From positions 1 to 64,000 of IMG/VR virus record IMGVR_UViG_3300035698_007036: DNA of 64,000 nucleotides; one strand, given 5' to 3'. Under the pieces are notes generated by a model. The model did no database searches. It saw nothing but the letters and a program-made list of their open reading frames with translations, and was not told the origin of the DNA. Made by a program: the position numbers and the translations under genes. Shown piece by piece: positions 9,079-19,303 of the stretch (position 1 is the stretch's first letter; each line of letters starts with the position of its first letter). Source of the stretch: a virus.

Positions 9079-10815
9079 TTGGCACACACTGATTATGAAA
9101 ACTTTGATCTAATTATGGATCAGGGGATGGACATGGTCAAGTTTTATAGGGAGAATCCATGCATTGCTGCCTACGATCTATTAAATGTTGATCTCGCACC
9201 AATACAACGAGTAGTTTTTGAGGACATGTGGTTTAGGAATTACGTTATTACCGTAGCAGGTCGTGGCTTCGGTAAGACATTTTTACTAGGCACTCTTGCG
9301 TCTTTAAGTTGCTTGTTATACCCAGGATATAGAGTTGGACTTATAGCCCCAGTCTTTCGTCAGTCTAAAATGATATTCTCTGAAGTTGAAAAGATATGGG
9401 CCAAATCGGAAATACTACAGGAAGCTACGGAAAAAAGACCTACCAGAGGATCAGATACCTGTTACCTCAAATTTAAGCCGTTCGGAGTTACGAACGGTTC
9501 TTTTATTGAAGCCCTACCACTCGGCGACGGTTCAAAAATTCGTGGATCGCGTTTCTATTTAATCCTTATTGATGAGTTAGCACAAGTCCCAGATAAAGTT
9601 CTTGATATGGTTATTCGTCCTATGGGTGCTACCACTCTAGAGCCTATGATGAATGTACGTCGTATCGAACGACAGAAGAGATTGTTAGAGATGGGACTTA
9701 TAACAGAAGATGATATGGAAGGCAATGCTGTGAATAAGATGGTGATGACTTCTTCCGGTTATTTCAAGTTTAATCACATGTGGCGTCGTATGAAGGATTA
9801 CTGGGCACAGATCGAAGAGCACGGTAATAAATCTCAATATGCTATATGGCAGGTGCCTTTCTGGGATCTTCCAGAAGGCTTTCTAGACAGGAACAATATT
9901 TCTGAAGCTAAACGTGTTATGTCAAATGCCGAATATCGAATGGAATACGAGGCGGCTATGATTGCTGATTCGGAAGGTTTTTTTAAGGCCTCGCTTCTTG
10001 AGGCTTGTACTATGGGTAGTAATTTCTCAATAGAATTACGCGGAGAGAAAAAAGCTAATTATGTTATAGGAATCGATCCTAATCAAGGGGGGGATGCTTC
10101 TTGTGGCGTAGTTGTAATAAAGATGGGTGGTATACATCAAGTGGTCAATGTCCTTGAACTTAAGAAAAAGACTACACAAGAACTCACTAAATCTGTGCAA
10201 GATCTATGTGATACCTACAACGTTGTACGTATATTTGTGGACAAGGGCGGCGGAGGTAAAGCTGTAATGGATCTATTGGAGGATGGTTATGATGGCTACG
10301 AGCCGATTATAGACAGAACCAATGATGATCACAAGCACTTACAGGGGCGGCACATTCTTGAAATGGTAAACTTCAATCCATCCTGGATATCGGATGCCAA
10401 CTTTACCACTTTGGCAATGCTAGAAGACAATAGATTACGTTTTCCAGAAGCACCAGTAATGTCAACTTTAGACACTATGGATGCAGCATTTGAGAGTATA
10501 CAGACAATGAAGTCCCAGATGCTTAATATAATAGTAACACAGACTGCTACTGGCGTATTACATTTTGATACACCAAAAAAAGGCCAGAACAAAGACTTGT
10601 ACTCTGCTATTATTCTAGCTGCCCATGGTGTTCGTATGGTACAGAAAGAAATGGAGGATGATGGAGAGCCTATTCTACATAATAATAGTGGGATGGTAAG
10701 AGGTCGTTCTGGTCAGAGTGCTTCTTGGGATCCTATAAATAGAAACAGTGGTCCTGTATTACCGGTTACTGGATCTAACCTACATTTAGCAGTATTAAAA
10801 AAGCGAATTAAGTAA
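9079..10815 (+). CDS. terL: Terminase large subunit
   Basis: APIQ, Walker A AGRGFGKT, Walker B ILIDE, coupling MTSS, RNase H-like nuclease IGIDP..VDKGGGG..KDLYSA; TTG start with SD. Confidence 0.92.
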   Translation: MAHTDYENFDLIMDQGMDMVKFYRENPCIAAYDLLNVDLAPIQRVVFEDMWFRNYVITVAGRGFGKTFLLGTLASLSCLLYPGYRVGLIAPVFRQSKMIFSEVEKIWAKSEILQEATEKRPTRGSDTCYLKFKPFGVTNGSFIEALPLGDGSKIRGSRFYLILIDELAQVPDKVLDMVIRPMGATTLEPMMNVRRIERQKRLLEMGLITEDDMEGNAVNKMVMTSSGYFKFNHMWRRMKDYWAQIEEHGNKSQYAIWQVPFWDLPEGFLDRNNISEAKRVMSNAEYRMEYEAAMIADSEGFFKASLLEACTMGSNFSIELRGEKKANYVIGIDPNQGGDASCGVVVIKMGGIHQVVNVLELKKKTTQELTKSVQDLCDTYNVVRIFVDKGGGGKAVMDLLEDGYDGYEPIIDRTNDDHKHLQGRHILEMVNFNPSWISDANFTTLAMLEDNRLRFPEAPVMSTLDTMDAAFESIQTMKSQMLNIIVTQTATGVLHFDTPKKGQNKDLYSAIILAAHGVRMVQKEMEDDGEPILHNNSGMVRGRSGQSASWDPINRNSGPVLPVTGSNLHLAVLKKRIK

Positions 10816-10832
10816 CCTGCTTATTATATAGA
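10813..10832 (+). promoter_or_regulatory. Candidate phage late promoter TAAC-N10-TATAGA
   Basis: TAACCTGCTTATTATATAGA, nearly identical to 28454-28473; overlaps the terL stop codon. Confidence 0.45.
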
Positions 10833-10857
10833 GTTGTGTTTAGGAGAAACAAAAACA

Positions 10858-11877
10858 ATGGAATTTAGAAATATACCGCTTTGGGACATATTCAAATGCT
10901 TGACTGTTATTTTCCTAATGACAGTAGCTTATGTTAAGGGTGATGAACTAATAGATAAGATATTTAGAAAGCCAGTGCAAGGCTCTACTATAACTGCACC
11001 GCAGATTGCAAGAATAGCTGAAAATTTAGTTCAGGTCCAAAACATAGCTAATCAGAAAAGATTTGATTCCTTGATGAAACAGATGAGGAATGACCAGTCT
11101 AATTATGCTGCTTCTACCGACGGTAAGATACGAGACGCTCTAAAGGCAGCTGAGGCATACGCTAAAGCTAGTGGTGCTCAGATAACCACTTTAGGACAGA
11201 CTGTGGCTCAACTAGACACCTCATTTAAAGAAACTATAGCTTCCATAAACTATGTTGATGAGGAGGTACCTACGAGATCCTACGAGGATTACGACTTAAA
11301 ACGTACAATGCCTGGTGGTGTAGAGCTGCCAGTGGGATGGGTTAAGTATCACCCAGATTGGAAAGATGACGACAAGTTAGTTCAGTATCATTATCCTTTA
11401 GAATATTACACTCGTATAATTCGTTCCCAGAATCAAAATGGAACGTTTGCGTATCATACAGAGGCTTGGATAGAAAACAATTTTGTTAAAAGCTCGAAAG
11501 GGATTAAGTATCCTGTAAGGTTAAAGGATGTACAATTTGAAGAACGGCCTTTGACCGTAAAGAGTTGGAGCTTTAATCCTCGTTTAGGTTTAGGGGCAGT
11601 GTTCTCTACCTCGGCTTTTTGTCCAGCCTTGGATTTGAGTATGTTTTCATACGGAAAAACCAATGTGGATATGGATTGGAGATTTTTAACTGTAGGTATA
11701 GGTGCTACAGGCCTTGGCAGTGACTCTGATACCTCAATAATAGGGGTATTCACACCTGTACAATATAATTTGGGAAAAGTCGTGCCTTTTATAGAAAACT
11801 TCTTTATAGGTCCTACTGTTTCAGTAAGCACAGAGAGCACTACTGGATATGGTGCTACAGCGTCAATACCATTTTAA
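10858..11877 (+). CDS. Membrane-anchored protein with coiled coil and beta-rich C-terminus
   Basis: N-terminal hydrophobic helix (IFKCLTVIFLMTVAYV), coiled coil, amphipathic beta strands ending in Phe. Confidence 0.55.
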   Translation: MEFRNIPLWDIFKCLTVIFLMTVAYVKGDELIDKIFRKPVQGSTITAPQIARIAENLVQVQNIANQKRFDSLMKQMRNDQSNYAASTDGKIRDALKAAEAYAKASGAQITTLGQTVAQLDTSFKETIASINYVDEEVPTRSYEDYDLKRTMPGGVELPVGWVKYHPDWKDDDKLVQYHYPLEYYTRIIRSQNQNGTFAYHTEAWIENNFVKSSKGIKYPVRLKDVQFEERPLTVKSWSFNPRLGLGAVFSTSAFCPALDLSMFSYGKTNVDMDWRFLTVGIGATGLGSDSDTSIIGVFTPVQYNLGKVVPFIENFFIGPTVSVSTESTTGYGATASIPF

Positions 11878-11892
11878 AAGAGGGGGTATAGT

Positions 11893-12099
11893 ATGGCAGT
11901 AAATGATGGCTTTATGCAATCACCATGGTGGACAACAGTAACAGGTGTAGAACCGGACGACTACATTGCTGGTGACTATACTAGAGGAAGATCGTCAGGA
12001 GTTACTTACACTATGGATGATCTAATTGGAAGACATGACTACATTAAAACAACCGACCCTGCTACCGCTTCCGGTACTCCGGGGACAATATTAATATAA
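11893..12099 (+). CDS. Small hypothetical (possible virion) protein
   Basis: 68-aa ORF with G-rich SD directly before the portal. Confidence 0.55.
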   Translation: MAVNDGFMQSPWWTTVTGVEPDDYIAGDYTRGRSSGVTYTMDDLIGRHDYIKTTDPATASGTPGTILI

Positions 12100-12111
12100 T
12101 AAGGAAGAAAT

Positions 12112-14100
12112 ATGAATCCTAACAAAATAGCAGAAATTACAGCAGAGCTAAAAGAAAAATACCCTGATGTTGGTATTCGAAGCATCCAGGTTAATCCAGA
12201 AGACGGAACTTCAACCTTTTTTGTCAACCCGACTAGGAAGTCTCTAGCATTTTTGGATAAGCCAGGTCAAGCCGTAACGCCGCATATCTATAGAGAAAAA
12301 GCTGCTGCTGTAATTACACGAGACTTTGTAGAACGGACTGTATTGGATCTGGCACAGAAAGATCCATATACTGAGGACCCGAAAGATTCCTTTAAGAGGG
12401 CCGAGAAATACTATTATACTGAACCTATTGTGGGTACCACAGTAAATTTGCTGGCCAGTTTGGCATCTGCCGGATTTGAGAATGATATAGACGATCCAAA
12501 TATACAAAATTTTTATGATACTTGGGCATTTGATGTAAACCTTCCTCAGATAATAGAGTGGGTATTTTTGGACTTCTTTAAAGTAGGGCATGTAACAACC
12601 TACAAAGTCCTTTCCAAATACGAACCACGTGTTTCAAATATGAGCCCTACTCCAGGACAGAAACCAAAGAAAGTAGCACAAAAAGCCACAGGTGAGTTGG
12701 ACGACTTAATGCTACAGCATGAAAAACATTGCGAGGGGTTGATAAAAGGTGCCGTAAAGGATGCTTATGAAAACGGTATAAAAGACCCTGTCAAACTACA
12801 AGAGGTAGAGAAGGCGGCAAAAAAGAACATATGGTCCAAGGGTTTTATGCCTGTAGCTTATACGGTCCTAAATCCCCAATTAGTAACCATTGAAGGAAAT
12901 TTACTTTTCAACAACGTAAGTGTTAAACTCAAACCACCCAATGAACTTCGAGATCTCCTTAAAAAACCCTCAAGCGAGCAAACTGAAGATGAAAAAGAAC
13001 TGATAAAAGCACTACCTTCCGACTTAAAGTCGGCTGCAACAACAGGTAACGACTACTTGTTGGATCCTCGTTTAGTAGGGCAGGTTACTTACAGAAAGAT
13101 GCCTTATGAGCGTTATGCTAGACCTAGAACTTTGAGACTGTTTGACTCTATAGAGTATAAGCGTAATCTTAGGGAAGCCGACCTTAGTACTCTTGACGGT
13201 ATTTCTAACTATATCCTTAAAATTACGATAGGTAATGATGATTACCCGGTAACCGGACAAGAAGAGCTTGAAGCTGTAGCACAGTTATTCAATACACCAT
13301 CAAAATCATTTGATGTGGTTTGGAATCATACATTAAGTATTGAGAAGATAGTATCTCCGGAAATTGAGGCTATCCTCGGCAAAGAGAAGTATGCTCAGGT
13401 AAACGAAGATATTTCTGGTGGTCTAGGTATCACTCGTGCTATGATTGATGGTACTGGTGAGACGACAGCGGCTGAAATCTCATTACTAATTAAAGGTATT
13501 GGTTCTGAGATATCCTATGCCCGTAGGGAAGTGGAAAGGTGGATATATAATGAGTATAGGCAAATAGCTGAAGCCGCAGGTTTTGATAGATTTCCTAGAA
13601 TTAGATGGGATGAAGGTATTCTAAAAGATGATATCCTTTGGATGAACACTATGGCACAGTTAGTAGATCGTAGAATGCTAAGTTACCAGACATCACTCGA
13701 AGAGTTGGGTTATGACTATGAAACAGAACTTAAGAGGATGGAAGAGGAAATGCCGATTGTACAAAAGGGCACCCTCGGTATATTGGGATCTCCTTGGCAA
13801 CAGTCTAGCACCCAGACAACGCAGAAGGCTCCTAAAGGAACACCATCGAGTGGTAGACCTAAAGGTCAAACAAATACCAAAACTCAAAATACGAATCCAC
13901 AGAAAAAAGTAACACAACAACCCGGTAAAAAGCCAACACAAAATCAAAAGAAAACAGCGTCTATAGATCTGAACTTTGTTACTAACTTTAGCAAAGATCA
14001 GTTGGCAGCATTCCTTGGCGGGGCTAAAAGTAGGATGAACGCCAGTGAGTATGCTGAACTTCTAGAGGCAGTTCTTGAGGAGGTAAATAATAATGGCTAA
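12112..14100 (+). CDS. Portal protein
   Basis: 662 aa between TerL and protease; DFFKVGHV, LSYQTSLEELGYDYETE, C-terminal GRP-containing disordered tail typical of portals. Confidence 0.8.
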   Translation: MNPNKIAEITAELKEKYPDVGIRSIQVNPEDGTSTFFVNPTRKSLAFLDKPGQAVTPHIYREKAAAVITRDFVERTVLDLAQKDPYTEDPKDSFKRAEKYYYTEPIVGTTVNLLASLASAGFENDIDDPNIQNFYDTWAFDVNLPQIIEWVFLDFFKVGHVTTYKVLSKYEPRVSNMSPTPGQKPKKVAQKATGELDDLMLQHEKHCEGLIKGAVKDAYENGIKDPVKLQEVEKAAKKNIWSKGFMPVAYTVLNPQLVTIEGNLLFNNVSVKLKPPNELRDLLKKPSSEQTEDEKELIKALPSDLKSAATTGNDYLLDPRLVGQVTYRKMPYERYARPRTLRLFDSIEYKRNLREADLSTLDGISNYILKITIGNDDYPVTGQEELEAVAQLFNTPSKSFDVVWNHTLSIEKIVSPEIEAILGKEKYAQVNEDISGGLGITRAMIDGTGETTAAEISLLIKGIGSEISYARREVERWIYNEYRQIAEAAGFDRFPRIRWDEGILKDDILWMNTMAQLVDRRMLSYQTSLEELGYDYETELKRMEEEMPIVQKGTLGILGSPWQQSSTQTTQKAPKGTPSSGRPKGQTNTKTQNTNPQKKVTQQPGKKPTQNQKKTASIDLNFVTNFSKDQLAAFLGGAKSRMNASEYAELLEAVLEEVNNNG

Positions 14101-15238
14101 CAAACCTATATTTTTGGAAGCCCAAATTGAATTACACGAGGAAACGGCGGCACGAAGAGAAAAGGCCAGTGCCATTATAGATTTACCACAAGGTAAGAAT
14201 AAGCAACCAGATTTACTTTACTTCTCTGCTATATTTGTTTCTTCAGGAGAGAACTTGAATCATGCATATTTTCTCCCATCAGAATTGGTAAAGGCAGAAC
14301 ATACCATTATCAATAAGGCACTAGATGTAGAACATAGAGAAGAGGAGATTATAGGACATATTTACGAACGAGCTTTCATGACCAAAGATGGTAAGAAAAT
14401 GGAAATAAGAGAACTTGCCTCTATGGAAACAGCCAGTTTGAATCAGAAAGATTTACACGTAGCTATTGCCGGTATAGTGTATAAGAATAGATTTCCTAAC
14501 TTGGCAGAAGAGGTGGTTCAAGGTAAATGGAAAGTATCTATGGAAGCCTATTACCAGGATTATGATGTAAAAGTAGGGGATATGACATTGGACAGAAGAG
14601 AAGCTGAAATGCTCGGCTTGGCCAGTGTAGATGCAAGTGTTTTAGGTAAAACGGCTAAGGTTATAAAACAAGGTAAAGAAGTAGCAGAGGGTACGGTAGC
14701 ACGTGTCCTGAGAGGTATTACTTTTTCAGGGTGCGGTGTGGTCAAGAAACCAGCCAATCCACCATCCGTAATTATGGAAACCGCTAAAGACAACACAGGC
14801 AAAGAGATTATAATACTAGACTATGACAAAGTTGCCAAGCTCGATACGGAACTATTACAGGATGATAATAAAGTAACCTCGGTTAATGTAGAGGGGAGTA
14901 ATTCCATTATTCCTGTCGATGAGAAATCGGAATTAGAACACAAAGACACAGTTGGCATTTGTGTAAATTATAAAAAACGTATCCTAGATGCTACATTTGA
15001 GGGACCAGGTACTAAAGTTTTAAGAGAGCATTGGTGTACTAAATACGATGCTTCATGCACATCAGACTCTCGTGACACTACCGATCCTAAGTGCCTGTAT
15101 GTACAAGCCACCATGAAACAGGCTAGTGCAGCAATTAGAGAAAGAGTTACTAAAAGGAAGAATAGCGATAACAGGCAAGCTTTGTTGTCAGATCTCGACA
15201 AGGCAGTTACTACAGCTGATAGACTTCTTAAGGCTTAA
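14093..15238 (+). CDS. Prohead (capsid maturation) protease
   Basis: DVEH..IIGH (His), VSMEA (Ser), FSGCGVVKKPANP, matching the HK97/herpes-type protease pattern. Confidence 0.78.
   Translation: MANKPIFLEAQIELHEETAARREKASAIIDLPQGKNKQPDLLYFSAIFVSSGENLNHAYFLPSELVKAEHTIINKALDVEHREEEIIGHIYERAFMTKDGKKMEIRELASMETASLNQKDLHVAIAGIVYKNRFPNLAEEVVQGKWKVSMEAYYQDYDVKVGDMTLDRREAEMLGLASVDASVLGKTAKVIKQGKEVAEGTVARVLRGITFSGCGVVKKPANPPSVIMETAKDNTGKEIIILDYDKVAKLDTELLQDDNKVTSVNVEGSNSIIPVDEKSELEHKDTVGICVNYKKRILDATFEGPGTKVLREHWCTKYDASCTSDSRDTTDPKCLYVQATMKQASAAIRERVTKRKNSDNRQALLSDLDKAVTTADRLLKA
14874..14892 (+). promoter_or_regulatory. Candidate internal late promoter TAAC-N9-TGTAGA
   Basis: TAACCTCGGTTAATGTAGA inside the protease gene, about 400 nt upstream of the head-gene cluster. 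Confidence 0.3.
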
Positions 15239-15292
15239 CAGCTGGTTGCAACGAGCCAGTTAAAACAATAATCGTAAAGGAGGATTTAAATT

Positions 15293-15721
15293 ATGCCAGA
15301 TCTCGGTCAAGGTCAAACAGGAACTTTAAAAAGTATTCCTAAATTGACAAGAATTAATGGTGATGACAATTCAAAAGCTATTTATCGTAACATGGGTAAC
15401 AACCATGCGTATCCATTTATTTGGGCGACTACGGTAACTATGGCTTCTGGTGTGTCAGAAGTAACGTTAGCTAGTGGTATTAAATTTCATGGATATGACT
15501 TGGCTACTTACGGTAGTGTTTCAATAACACCTTGCTATAATGCCGGTGCCATCTATGTAACCAAAGACACTACAGCTAACACCATCACTTGTACAGCAAC
15601 AACTGTTGGAGCAGATGATGGAAGTTCTACTCTCGATGTTATGTTTATGTTGGGAGCAGATATGGTAATCGGAGGTATTTATTGTAGAGGCAATACTGGT
15701 GCTATGCCATCACTACCATAA
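15293..15721 (+). CDS. Small beta-rich virion (head) protein
   Basis: AGGAGG SD, Thr/Gly-rich beta strands, position in head module. Confidence 0.55.
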   Translation: MPDLGQGQTGTLKSIPKLTRINGDDNSKAIYRNMGNNHAYPFIWATTVTMASGVSEVTLASGIKFHGYDLATYGSVSITPCYNAGAIYVTKDTTANTITCTATTVGADDGSSTLDVMFMLGADMVIGGIYCRGNTGAMPSLP

Positions 15722-15829
15722 TCAATGAATAAAAAGTTTGGACATGGAAAAGGGACTCTTAATGCCAAGACATATTGGCGTCAGGTTGGTGACATCATAA
15801 ATGATAATTTTATAGAGGAGGATTTTTAC

Positions 15830-16582
15830 ATGGATGAAAAAATGATTCAAGAGATCAAGGCTACAGTAGATAGCTTCTTTTCAGAAAAAGAAGAAGCCGA
15901 GGTCCGCAGAAAAACAGAGGAAGCTTTACAAAAGTCCGCTGAAACAATTAGCGAGTTGACAGTAGCTTTGGAGGAAAAGAATTCTAAATCCGAAGAAGTT
16001 GCTACAAAAGTCAAAGAGCTCGAAGAGGAAATAGCGGAACTTAAGTCCGGGCTTGAGGCGGCTCAGACAGAAAAAGCTTCTACTGAAGAAAAGCTGACTA
16101 AAGCTACCACAACAATTGAGGAAATGAAAAAGGATCAAGCCACAGAATTAAGGCTTGCCGATCTTGAGAAGGCAGGAGTAGCTAGCGGTAAGGAAGCTCA
16201 GACTGCCAAGATCCGTGAAATGAGTGACGAAGAGTTTGCTGCTTATAAAGAAGAAAGAATTGAACTCAGAAACGCGGTAATCGCAGAACTTGACTCTAGT
16301 GATGATGGGTCATCAACTGCAGAAGAAGAGGCTGCAGCCAAACTTGCTTCCGAAGAAGAAGAGGCAGCAGCAGCAGAAGCAGCAGCAGCAGAAGCAGTGG
16401 CTGCAGCAGCGTCCGCTTCAGCGGAAGAAGGTGTTAAAACTATTCCAGCAAAAGTTGATCAAACCCAATCCATTTCCGCCGCATTGAATTTCGAAACAGT
16501 ACCATCTAAGGATGTTACTAAGAGATATGAGGAAATGGGCCAAGCAATGGCCGACCTAATGACTGGTAAAAAAGATAAGTAA
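15830..16582 (+). CDS. Capsid scaffolding protein
   Basis: GGAGG SD before ATG 15830; acidic coiled coil with Glu/Ala tract; lies between protease and capsid genes. Confidence 0.72.
   Translation: MDEKMIQEIKATVDSFFSEKEEAEVRRKTEEALQKSAETISELTVALEEKNSKSEEVATKVKELEEEIAELKSGLEAAQTEKASTEEKLTKATTTIEEMKKDQATELRLADLEKAGVASGKEAQTAKIREMSDEEFAAYKEERIELRNAVIAELDSSDDGSSTAEEEAAAKLASEEEEAAAAEAAAAEAVAAAASASAEEGVKTIPAKVDQTQSISAALNFETVPSKDVTKRYEEMGQAMADLMTGKKDK
16361..16410 (+). repeat. GCA-rich low-complexity repeat encoding EAAAAEAAAAEAVAAA
   Basis: gaggcagcagcagcagaagcagcagcagcagaagcagtggctgcagcagc. Confidence 0.8.
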
Positions 16583-16600
16583 TAAGGAGGAGATAGGATT

Positions 16601-17236
16601 ATGTTTATTCCAAGACATCCCGTAGTGGAAAATCAGTTTTGTAGTTATGGAGCCGTACTAGGTGGTTCTGCTGGTATAGGTGGAGTTGTAGCCTATGCAG
16701 GTTCTGTTGTTTACCTTAATACAACAGCTACGAATCAAGAAGCGATTGTTTTTAAGATGGCTCATGGTGCGACTGAAACACCTTTCGGATTTTCTATGCA
16801 AAAGGTAAAGACAGGTTATCATCAAGTACATCCAGCAGGATTTATGATGCCTGGAGATCTAGGATCTTCAGATGTTATTGCACAGGCCACTTATGGTGCA
16901 ACTGGTGCTGTTACTGGTACCAAGGAAGTACCAGTTGGTGTAGCACATCTCGGTATTTGGGACACAGTACATTACACCTGTTCCGGTGGTACTGGAACTC
17001 CTACAGCTCTTACGCCTGGTATGCTTTTGTATGCCTCAGCTGACGAAGCTAAGCTTACCAGCAGTGTTGCAGCTTCCGGTGATGATACAGCGGCCACTAA
17101 TTTGGCCGGTGGCTTTAGAGTACTTAACGTTACCACTGTATGTGCCCGTGTAGTTAAGGGTGCTTCTGTTGCTAAGGTTACTGCTAACGTCAATAATACT
17201 ACGTTATATCCAATTAGAGTCAAACTTTTGGTCTAA
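16601..17236 (+). CDS. Head decoration/cement protein
   Basis: 211 aa, Gly/Ala/Thr-rich, directly upstream of the major capsid gene. Confidence 0.65.
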   Translation: MFIPRHPVVENQFCSYGAVLGGSAGIGGVVAYAGSVVYLNTTATNQEAIVFKMAHGATETPFGFSMQKVKTGYHQVHPAGFMMPGDLGSSDVIAQATYGATGAVTGTKEVPVGVAHLGIWDTVHYTCSGGTGTPTALTPGMLLYASADEAKLTSSVAASGDDTAATNLAGGFRVLNVTTVCARVVKGASVAKVTANVNNTTLYPIRVKLLV

Positions 17237-17314
17237 TTGGTTTTTTGTTTCAAATTGGATTAAGGCACGGATAGTGCTTCCAAAACTAATAAATACTTAG
17301 GAGGAGTTGTTACT

Positions 17315-18388
17315 ATGGATAGACAAGAAATGATGGAGCTCTACAGAGCTACCGCCGAAATTAATACTGCCGAGGGAGTTGCAGCGTACCGTGCGTTTGC
17401 TGCTGCCCTAACAACTCCAATCTTACAGAAGATCGAATTAGAGTCTATCATGAGACAGTTGTTTTCTGTCGAACGATTGGGTCCTGGTGCTCAGGCTTCA
17501 TACCCAGTTGCTGAAGACTTTGAAATCCCAGTGTGGGTTCTTCCAGGATTGGGTTATGTGGCACAGAACTTCATTGAAGGTATTGGTGAAGAAGTGTATG
17601 TTCCTACATTCGCAATCAATGCTTCTGCGGATTGGAAACTAACGTATGCTAGAGATTCTCGTATTGATATTCCGACACGTGCGGCTGCGAGAGTTGCTAA
17701 AGATTTGGCAAATTACGAAGAAGAGTGTGGTTGGAGAGTTATTATTCCTGCCGTTTCAGCACCATTCTCCGGTAAAGGGCTGTTGGGCTCTCGTCCAGCA
17801 CCTATTTATGAGATTAATCCTGCATCTACCGGTGCTGGTTATCTCTCTAAAGAACTCATTAACAAAATGATCGTGGGATTCAAAAGAATTGGTCGTACAT
17901 TGACTGATCTTTATGTCTCTCCAGAAGACGCAGCCGATATCCGTGAGTGGACCGATACTGATATCGATCCCGTAACCAGACGTGAGATTTTCCAGGCATC
18001 TGGCATGGGTTCCATTTGGAATGTAAGACTTCATGAAATTCAGCATCTAGGTGCTACCGGTCTTTACAACATCAACGGTAGTACGTCTGCTTATGGTAAG
18101 TTCCTTGCCGATTCTGGTACTGAGGCTTACAATGCTTATACTCTTGACAATCCTAATGTTACCGCAGCTGATGGTACGATTGATACATTAGGTGAGACTC
18201 AGGTATTTGGTTTCGATATGGGCAGTAACGATTCTCTAGTTATGCCTATTCGTAAAGAGTATGAAGCTCATGACGATCCTACTCTGTTGAGAGTCCAGAA
18301 ACAAGGTTTCTTTGGGTGGCAGGAAATTGGGTTTGCCTGTCTCGACAGTAGAATGATGGGTATGGGTGTTATTGACAGAAGCCTGTAA
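17315..18388 (+). CDS. Major capsid protein (HK97 fold)
   Basis: 357 aa, AGGAGG SD, strongly biased codons, position after scaffold/decoration, terminal QGFFGWQEIGFACLD strand pattern, downstream hairpin. Confidence 0.85.
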   Translation: MDRQEMMELYRATAEINTAEGVAAYRAFAAALTTPILQKIELESIMRQLFSVERLGPGAQASYPVAEDFEIPVWVLPGLGYVAQNFIEGIGEEVYVPTFAINASADWKLTYARDSRIDIPTRAAARVAKDLANYEEECGWRVIIPAVSAPFSGKGLLGSRPAPIYEINPASTGAGYLSKELINKMIVGFKRIGRTLTDLYVSPEDAADIREWTDTDIDPVTRREIFQASGMGSIWNVRLHEIQHLGATGLYNINGSTSAYGKFLADSGTEAYNAYTLDNPNVTAADGTIDTLGETQVFGFDMGSNDSLVMPIRKEYEAHDDPTLLRVQKQGFFGWQEIGFACLDSRMMGMGVIDRSL

Positions 18389-18405
18389 TATTTGAATAGT
18401 GTATT

Positions 18406-18428
18406 GTGCCCCGCCTTGTGCGGGGCAC
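18406..18428 (+). terminator. GC-rich hairpin after the capsid gene (terminator or mRNA stabiliser; no U-tract)
   Basis: GTGCCCCGC-cttgt-GCGGGGCAC, perfect 9-bp stem followed by TAAAAA. Confidence 0.55.
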
Positions 18429-18442
18429 TAAAAAGGGGCTTA

Positions 18443-18757
18443 ATGATTCATACATTTTTTAATACACTATTGGCGGTTATTTCTGTAGAAGCAATAACCA
18501 ACATTTTAACCAAATCGGAGCTTTTTCTTCCAGTTAGGAGATTTATGTTCGAGAGAAAGAACATAAAGTTGTCCAACTGGATTCATAATTTATTAGACTG
18601 CGGTTATTGTACTTCTGTTTGGGTTGGATGGTTTATAGCAATACTGTATTTGAATGATCTATTATGTAACTTCTTTATTATTGGAATAGTGTTACATCGT
18701 ATGTCAAATCTATTACATCATGTGATAGATAGAGTTTGGGGCAAAGAACCTATATAA
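18443..18757 (+). CDS. DUF1360-like small membrane protein (possible holin)
   Basis: Hydrophobic helices with LLDCGYCTSVWVG; ATG 18443 after AAGGGG. Confidence 0.6.
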   Translation: MIHTFFNTLLAVISVEAITNILTKSELFLPVRRFMFERKNIKLSNWIHNLLDCGYCTSVWVGWFIAILYLNDLLCNFFIIGIVLHRMSNLLHHVIDRVWGKEPI

Positions 18758-18794
18758 AGGACAAGGCAAGTAAACAGAAAAGGAGAAGAAAATT

Positions 18795-19271
18795 ATGAAC
18801 GGATACGTAATGAATAAGTCTAGTTTATGGGCACACGCTATGAAACGGTCAGTAGGCCCAGGTCAGAAAGTTCCTTTGAACGAGCTTTATGACCAATATG
18901 GAAAGAAACATAACTTACAATCTGGCGAAGAGTTTGTGGAGTGGTTAAAGACTATCAAATTAAGGGACAACACCAAATGGTCTGTAGTTTTAGACACTGA
19001 TAAAAACACAGCTGAGCAGATTGAAGCTGAAAATGTTCAAAAAGAACTAAAAACTATAACCACTGCAGAGGATATTTCCCCAAAAAAAATGACAGTTTCC
19101 GATGTAGCGGCTTTGTCAGTTAGAAAAGCAAGAGAGATTTTACCGCAGATAAGTGATATAAAACTATTAAAATACTCTCTCCAAGAGGCTAATCAACTGG
19201 CAAACAAGGATAGTTTGTGTAGGCTGGTCAGAAAAAGGATTCAAGAATTGGAGATTTCAGGTTTTAGATAA
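18795..19271 (+). CDS. Hypothetical protein (post-capsid gene)
   Basis: 158 aa with AGGAG SD. Confidence 0.6.
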   Translation: MNGYVMNKSSLWAHAMKRSVGPGQKVPLNELYDQYGKKHNLQSGEEFVEWLKTIKLRDNTKWSVVLDTDKNTAEQIEAENVQKELKTITTAEDISPKKMTVSDVAALSVRKAREILPQISDIKLLKYSLQEANQLANKDSLCRLVRKRIQELEISGFR

Positions 19272-19303
19272 AGAAAATATAAGTAAGTGAGGAGGGGACG
19301 TAA

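Noticed and set aside
8317-10815. terL split by an intron, intein or frameshift
   Set aside because: Both ORFs contain their own Walker A and B motifs, so the first is a duplicate and not a fragment
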